From Candidatus Cloacimonadota bacterium (lineage in GTDB: Bacteria > Cloacimonadota > Cloacimonadia > G963667145): DNA of 64,000 nt. Position 1 is the stretch's first letter. Every line of letters begins with the position of its first letter. The stretch is taken from assembly GCA_963667255.1 (NCBI GenBank), contig OY762940.1:512001-576000 (forward strand), in the 5' to 3' direction. This document shows, one piece after another, positions 35,001 through 44,000 of this stretch. A program made the translations under genes and the position numbers. The notes beneath the pieces were generated by a model, which saw only the letters and a list, made by a program, of their open reading frames with translations, did not search any database and was not told the DNA's origin.

Positions 35001-38000
35001 AGGGGACGGTTCAAGATTTTATTGCTATCGGTTACAGAACACCGAAGAATGCCGATACTGTGGCACTGTATAGAAAATTAACTTCCGATGTGGGTTGGCC
35101 ATCTACCGCTCTTTCAGGTTTGCCGGGCAATGTCAGCACAACAGCTTATTATAATGACAGTGCGATAGTGACAGGTGCTATGTATCAATATAAAATATTG
35201 GTCAGAAAAGGAGCTGTGGATAAATACACGAGAATTGACAGTGGATACAGTTTCTTGAGTGCTCCTGATAGTATCTTGATAGCCAATAATGGCGAAAACA
35301 GCAAGTTGATAATGCTCAAGATTTTCTCTCCGAATGTTCAGAGTTACCAAGATTCCATTCTAATTCATAGGGCTTCTCTCTCTCTTAGCGATACTGATTC
35401 CGTGTCTTATAGAGTGCCCTCTCCATTGATTGGCAATATGTATATTGTGAACGATACTCACAATATTCATCAGGGAGTTTTCTATAAATATAAGGTTCGT
35501 TTTAAGAACGAATTGGGGTCAAGTCCATATACCGCTGCTAAAAATACAAAAGCTTATGCTAAATTGGATGTACCGAGTTTGAAGAGTGTAAGTGTTAGGG
35601 AATATCCTGATACTATCAAATTAGTATGGAGCAAGGTTAGCCATGCCAGTAGAGGATATGTGATTTGGGCAGATTCTACACTGAATACTGACGGGACGAT
35701 TGCTTCCGCATATAAGATAATTGACTCTACTACTTCGGTAAATGACACTATCTACAAGGATACTACCAACTATTTACCTGAGCAAACAATATATTACAAG
35801 GTCCAATCTTTTGGTCCGGACACTACTTCCGCTTTGTCTTCTGCCGAGCGCGGTTCGCTTAAATATAAGGGATTGGACAGTTTAAATATTGACATAAATA
35901 ATCCGAAAGTTGATACCATTTACTTCAGTTGGGCACTCCCTACTACTATCGTCAATCCGCAGTTTACTTTCTATAAATACGATTCCGTTACAAAAATAGA
36001 CAGCCTAACTGATGTCTACAAGATGAGTAATATTTCTGCGTATAAAGTTGCAGGTGTTGATACTTTGTATTACGCTATGGAGACTCCTGCCAGCGATGTT
36101 TTGACAATTGGCAATCTCTATTTCTATCGTTGTGTTGTTTCCATAGGTGGTCTTGCCTCTAATGCCAGTAAAGCCAAATACGGGTTCTTGGCGATGCCAG
36201 AAGTGAAAGGATTTTCCGCTTCTGCCGGAGGTGCTCGCACTCCTGAGTTCGTCATTTACCAAGACAGTATTGTTATCTCTTGGAAAAAGGTTAGCTACTT
36301 CAAGAGTGGTGAATCTCCCGAATATATTTTGAACAAGTATGATACAAGTGGAGCAAAGATAGGCTCTATCACGATCAGGGATACAATGTATGTAGATAGT
36401 GTTGGAGGGAGGGGTTTTGGCACGGCTATCGAGAGAGGTCAAAGTTACAAATACAGTGTAAAAGCTAAATTTACGATTAGTGAAGCCATAATAGGTGGAA
36501 CAGCTACGCATACGATTCTCTCCAAAGATTCCACGATAGTAACTGGATATACATTCCCAGACAGTGCTCATATTATTTCTGTTAGCAAGGGGACAATCAC
36601 CGATACTATCAAAGTGGAATTTACTACGCCAAAATACGCCGATTCCATAGTTCTCTATCGCACTAATTCTGGAAATATAACCAAGCGTTTGGATACTCTA
36701 AGGATTAACGCTATTTCAACGACAAATTATATCGATTCTTCTTCTGATTTGATAGCGAGCTCGAACTATGTTTATCAAATAAGAGTTTATAAAAACGGAT
36801 TGATTAATTTAAGTAATTTGGATACGGGATACATTAAATTGGCTGCACCAGATAGTGTATGGTGTGAAAGAAGTGACCAATATGCCAGCGGTTATAAGGA
36901 TACAAGTGAGATTGTAATTAAGTGGAATTATGAGAAAAATGCACATGGTTATTGGGTATATTTGGCAAAGAGTAGTTTAAAAACCAATTTTGCACCTATA
37001 GATAGCACTCAGCTTCCCAGTGTATACGATACTATGCTGAAGTACCAACCAAAAGATTTTCTGAACAGGGCTGACAGCATTAATGATTATTACTTTGTAG
37101 TGAAATCTTATGTAAGGAATCAGGACGGCAATATCCGTTATTCTGACATTTCTATGGAAGATTCCGGTGCTGTGGTTAGTCAGTCTGTTGTGGGGATTTC
37201 TGCCAAATACGATTCCGGCAAGGACTCTATTGTGGTGAAGTGGACAGGTCTTAGAGCGAACTACAATAGAAGCGAAGTTGATTCTTTCGTTGTTTATCAA
37301 GCTGCCAATACCAAGCAAAGCACTGGATTTACAAGAGTTGCATCTACTAAAGATACCATTATCTCTATTGACAGTAATCGGACATCTGCCGGTAATTTCT
37401 ATTATTATAAAGTTAAAGTATATTACAACAACGATAAACGGGTTTCTGTTTACTCACCAGTCACATCTGAAAATGATGTTTACTTGCCTCTTGGGAAAGC
37501 CAATCTTAGAGTTAGCCGAAACAAGAAGCAATTGACTGTAATTTTTGATACTATTGCAAATGTAACTGCTTACAAACTCTATAGATATATAGATACTTTG
37601 CCATCCACTTATTCTCCGGTTAAAACTTGGACGAATACTAGTGCTACCAGTGCCGCCTCAGGAGATTCTGTTACTTGGATAGACGCTTCTGTCCTTCAAG
37701 GGAAAATCTACTACTATGGTATGGTAGTGGGAAAAACTGTGGTTGTAGATGGAGAAACTTTGACCTGTAGTAGCAATTTTGGTTTCTCTGTAGCCCAAAG
37801 AAAATGTGGATATATCAGAAGTTACTTCTCTTTGGTTGATTTTGATTTTGTCTCCGGTGGGCTCAAGTTATTCTGGTCTCGCGGGATTAATTTTGCAGAT
37901 GGGGTTATTCCTGAATATTATGATTTGACCAGAGGAGTCAGTCCGGCGATAGGCTCTTTTGTCAATATTAGTGATAAGGTGACCAAAAAGGTCTCCACAA

Positions 38001-41000
38001 GTGATGCAAAGGATACAATTTTTACTATCAAAGATAGTGGGACAGGTTTATTTACGACAGCCAAAGAGATTGGGAAAAGATATCGCTATTTATTGAGAGC
38101 TAGGATAACAAGTAAGCTACAAGACACAATGTATGTTGTTTCTGATAGCATGGATATGCTGTATGATTATCACTGGGCAAACGATTCTGCAACTACTAAT
38201 AGTAAATACTCTGCAAGTAAGGGAAATTACCGAGATAGGATTCTCTTTAGATTTACACAATTCAAACCGTGTAGAGATACTGCCGACTACGATACTCTCG
38301 GCATTACGCCTGATACATTGAGTTATTATGTAGTAGCAAGGTATAAGGAAAATGCTTTGGGATGCTATATTATGGAAGACAAAGATACAGTTCATGTTAG
38401 CGATATGGCAGTTATCTCTTCATACGGTGGTCTTGATGAATATTATATTGATGACAATGGCGAAGATTCTATCTTCACCACTGCACTTGCAGATGCCGTC
38501 CAATATACATATTCTGTGCAAGGTTTTATTGATTATGGTGGAGGCACTGTATTTAGTTCCAAAGTTATCAAGGACAGCTCTATTTGTAATGGACATCTTA
38601 AAATGCCCAGTTTGACACTGACAGATATCGGTTACATTTTGGTTGATTCAGTGCGGTATGGTATTAAGATTAAGTGGGACAAGCCCAGCACAGCCAGTTG
38701 TTCATACATTGTAGGTAGAGATACCGTCCCTACATTTGCAGAGCAAAGTGATAATTATGTTCCTGCTGCTATGGATACTATTTTGGCTAGTGGGAATTTG
38801 ATATTGAACGATACGATGTTCTTGGATTCCAACACTACCGCTAGTCCTCTTGGGAAGACCAGTTTGGGATATACATACTATTATAGAGTTAAAAGGGGTG
38901 TTGAAAGTAGTTCCAAAGATACGATTTATACCAGCTGGAGCAATGTTGTTTACAAAACATATGGAATGGTAAACAATGTTTATAATATCACGACAGCCAG
39001 TGAGTTTAACGATGTGGCGACTCAAATAAATAGTGGTAAACTTAACAAGAGCATTAGTGTGGAATTAGCAAAGGACATAACTTTTGCGGGCGTTGATACA
39101 CTTGTGCCAATGGGGAACTCCGCACATCCGTTTATGGGAGAGTTTAACGGGAAAGGTCATACCGTCCATGTTTCCGTGATGAATTTGAGTGATACCAGAT
39201 TAGGACTCTTTGGTGGTGTTAGCTCGGCTACGATAACAAATTTGAAAATTGTGTATGATTCGGCTGTAACAACGACTTCAAAATATTTTGGTGGTTTGGT
39301 CGCTGAGCTTGTTGGTGCGGCAACAATTAAAGGCGTTGATGTCACATTTAAAGACACTATTACGGGTGCTGATTATGTAGGTGGATTGATTGGCGGTGGA
39401 AGTGGAGCAGCAACTCTGAGAAACGACTCTGTATATTTAAGTGGGAATATAACCGGAGGGTTATATGTCGGAGGATTTGCCGGAGAGTTAGTCGGATATA
39501 GCACAGTGGATAGCTGTCAAGTCTCTGCCAGTAGTAGCTCTATTGTCTCTACTAACGCTGTAGGTGGTGGATTTGTAGGATACTTCCGCGGAACTATGAC
39601 CAATAGTCAGATGGATTTGGCGGGGCAAGTTAAAGTCAGAACAGGAGCATCAGGCACTCAAGTAAGGTTGGGAGGCTTGGTAGGAGAAGATTTAGGGAAG
39701 TCATCTTACAAGAATGTTACCATAAAGAATCGTCCGACTGTAGATGCAGGTGTTTCCACAGTGAGTCAGGCTATTGTAGGTGGTTTGGTAGGATATAGTA
39801 GGGCGGAGTCTATTAGTGATATTTCTATGGGTAGTGTCAAGAGTGTCCGTGGTATAGCCAGTGGAGCTGTATATGCCGGAGGTGTAGTAGGTATGTTTGA
39901 CTATGCTAGTGGATATATGGAGAAATTCAATCTTCAAGGTTGTGATAGCATAGTTGGGCGGTCTACAAGCGGTGATGTTTGTGTAGGGCTGATTGCAGGA
40001 AGAACAGAAGAGATATCTTCTACCGTGAGTATAGGCTCTGCAAGCGACACGATTAGAGTTTCTCTTGCTTCGGGTAAATATTTATCTGCCAGTTCTACAA
40101 GTGGTAAACTTTATTTGGGTGGTGCTGTAGGTTATAGCGAAGATTTGGTTCTTAAAAATACTAAGATAGATTCTATCCAGTTTAATGCTAATGGCTTATA
40201 CGGATGTGTTGGTGGAGCTGTGGGGTATGAGAGCACAAATGGAAGTAAATATACCAGCGTGATTGTGGGTAGCAATGTTGCTCTTAATAGTGGATTATCT
40301 TCTGTTAAGGAGCTATATGCAGGAGGATTGGTAGGTGTCGCTAATTCATCCACAACAAGTGGAACTAAAGTTGCTGCTAAGTTTGACTTTACCAATTCCG
40401 CTTTTGCCAGCAACAAAGTGTATTTGGGTGGTGTTTATGGGCATGCATCTTCTTCTGACATTGATTTGACAGGGATAGAAAAATTAAGTTTGGATTCGTT
40501 TGCGTTCAAAGTTGGAAATAATTCTGTTGTCGGAGGCTATGCAGGTATCTTGGATGTAAAAACTTTCACTCTCGACACAACTACAATTTCTAAGATTAAG
40601 TTCTCTTCAACTTCTGTAAATACAGCAGGGGACTCTTCTTCCGTTGGTGGTATTGCCGGAAGTTGTGTTGCCTCAGGAGTATTGAATATCAATTATGGTG
40701 GTTCTGTCAATTTGTTTGTTGCCGGTGGGAAATTGTCCAATGTTGGAGGCTTGTTTGGTAAAATGTCTGTTCCCGTGGGAGCAACTCTGATAGATACATC
40801 TGCTGGAGGAATAACTCTTAGTGCGGGGACTTCCGGAGCAGGTGTCGGTTCATGGTATGGTGGATTGGTAGGGCATACCTATGGTGGCACATTGAAAGGT
40901 CTCAGAGTCAGAGCTACCATAGACAGTGCCAAGATTGTTGGTGGTTTGGTTGGTAAACTGAGTGGTTCTGCTATTTTGAAGACCTCTTATGCAGATAGTT

Positions 41001-44000
41001 TGGTTACTATCAATGGAGGGACTTTTGTAGGTGGTCTTGTCGGAGAGGTGGTAGAGAACGATAATGCTACCGGAATTAGCGAATGCTATGTTTATGGCAT
41101 CAAAACTTCCGGCGATTTGGGCGAAGTTGGGCTTTTGGTCGGTAAATTGACCAAGGGATACATTTCTTCTTCATACGCTATTTTAAATAAAATCGATAGA
41201 ACCGGAACAGGCAATAATGCTTTATTTGTAGGGAAGATGGCAGACGGTAAGGTTTTGAACAGTTATGCTATTCACAACGGAGTGAAAGTCTCTGGGGCTT
41301 CTGCTTATTCCGATATTACCAAGAGATTTGGGACTTATACTGCCGGAGATACCAGTGGTGCGATAACAGCCGAGAACAGAATATTAATGTCTCAGGAGAT
41401 TACGGGTAGTGTAAATTACGAACTTCGCAACCTTTATTCATATCCTGTTTTGGTGAACAATGTCCGAGAGATAGACACTTCAGTCCTGAGTAATAGTCTT
41501 AGGATGACAAGAGATAATAACGGGAAATATGTAGTGACCAAGCCAATCCAGTTGGATGCAATCGGAGATGTCCGGTTGGTTGGGCAAGATTACAACAAAG
41601 TCAATTCAACTTATTTCCCTGCAGGGTTGCGGTTGGTAGATAGTTTCATTTTGGGCAACAACCTTGATTTCACCGGATACATAGGTTATTCTCCTATCGG
41701 TTATGCAAATTATAACAAAGCATTTACGGGAAGTCTTTTCGGTGACGGGAAAACCATTAAAGGATTGGATGTCTCTTACAGTAACCTTGGAGTAATCAGC
41801 ACAGTTTCTTATAGAGGTCTAGTTGGACATTTTGCCGGTGGAGTCATCGAAAAATTGCGTATTAGCAAAGCTGTATCGGTTGCTACTGGAGGAGACTATT
41901 GTGCTGTAGTTTGCGGCAAATTGGAAAGCGGAGTAATAGACCAAGTGCAGGTTGATTCTGCTAACATCAACATAGGTAGTGGTAAGAATATTTCCCTTGT
42001 CTGCGGAGAGATAACCGGAGGCACTATCCAAAATGTCAATACGATTCGTAACCATATCTTAGGATTGCGTGCAGTTGGTTCACTCATCGGCAAGATGTCT
42101 GGTGGCACTATATCCAAGTCTATCTCTACAGCCGATAGCGTTGTTTCTGAAGTGGGCAATGTAGGAGGCATAGTAGCTGAGCAAACAGGTGGTAAAGTTA
42201 CTAAAATTTATTCTGCTGCTCGAATTTTGGGCGGGACGAATATTTACAAAGTTTCTAGTCTTGGTGGTGGTAGTGTTGATTCTGCATACTCTTTGGGAGA
42301 GACTAATCTGATAAAAGACAATGACACATCTTGGGCTATAGGTCTTGGCATTACTACATACAATGGTAAGAACCTTTTCTTGAATGTTACCAAAGCATCA
42401 GATTTGATTACCAATCTCAATTTGGGTAGTTCTGAATGGACTACAGCAACTGCTGTTAGGACTGTTCCAGCTTTGAGTATTTTCAATAGTAGCGTAACTA
42501 CTATAAATGAAGGCGAGATTTTGTCAGCTTTGGGAGTTCCAGAAAAAACTATGGAAATTCCTACACCTACAGCTTTGTCTTTCGTTTCTTCTTATTCTAC
42601 TCTGAGTTCGGTAGACTCCTTTGTTGTCACCAAAAATTTGGTTTTCACCAGCTCTGATGACTTCTATGAGGGCGAAGGGAACCTTGAACCTATTGCTTCG
42701 CTGAATGGCAAAGTATTCAGTGGAAAAGGTCATACTATCAAGAATCTCAAAATTGTAACCAATGGGACTAAGAGTGGTTTGATTTCGGAGCTAACTGGTG
42801 GTGCCATCATTGAGAATCTTGGTTTGATAAATTGCGAAGTGACAGCCAATAGTGCGGGTGCGACAGTGGGAATGTTGGTGGGTAATGTCTCAACTGGTAT
42901 AGTGCGAGATATCTATATGGCAGATTGTCGTGTAATAGCTACAGGTGCGGGAAGTTCTGTCGGTGGGGTTATTGGTAAGAGCAATGTCTCTGGCGATGAC
43001 TGTGACAGGATAATCGCATTGAATACCTCTCTGAGAGGCAATACTACCAGCTCTTATGTGGGTGGAATAGTTGGCTCTGCTACGGGTAAATTTAATTATA
43101 TGTTTGCTTTCAACGATACTCTGATAGGTAAAACTATGGGGAGAATCTCCGGTAGTGGCGGAACAATAGCAGATGCTTATGCTTGGGCTCTGGATACTGT
43201 TGGTAGAGGTAGCACCATAGGTTTGGCTACAATACATGGCAAAACTACTGATTTCCCTTCAATTTTGAATAAAGATATTTATAACAATTTTGTTTCACAA
43301 CCTGCTTGGACTTGGACGGAGGATAAAGATAATTGGCAATGTGCACCACTTTTAGCATATATGGACTCTACAGATGCTAGCCCCGAAGTTCTTCGATTCT
43401 TTGGGGGATATGGCAGCAAAGATATGCCATTCCAAATCAAAACTTTGCCACAATTGAACTTGGTTAGAGCTTTTGCACAAAGTGGTAAATATTTCAAGAT
43501 GAGAGGCAATATCAATTGTGATAACATAAACTTTGATGGTGATGACTCTAACGGTAACTGGAAGCCAATTGGCGGTAAGGATGGATATTTCTTGGGGCAT
43601 TTTAACGGTAACGGATATAGTGTTTATAACATGAAGATTAAAAATGTTTCTCCGGCAGGTTTGTTTGCAAGTTTAGGGACAACCGGTAAAACAGATGTAG
43701 ATGTAAAATATCTCAGTATCTATGATGCCGAGATTACGCATACTGGGACTCTTGTAGCGGGTAATCTCAGTGCGTATAACTACGGAATCGTAAACAATGT
43801 CTTGGGTAAAGATGGTAAAATCTCATCTTCTGATGGAACTTATATTGGCGGTATTTTAGGACAAAATATAGGGAAAATCTCCAGTTGTGCATCAGCAGCC
43901 AACAAACTAACCGGTAAAACCGTTGGTGGAGTGGTAGGACATAATAAAGGGAATCTTTTGCTTTGTGGCTCTGTAAACGATTCGATTACTGCCAGCACTG

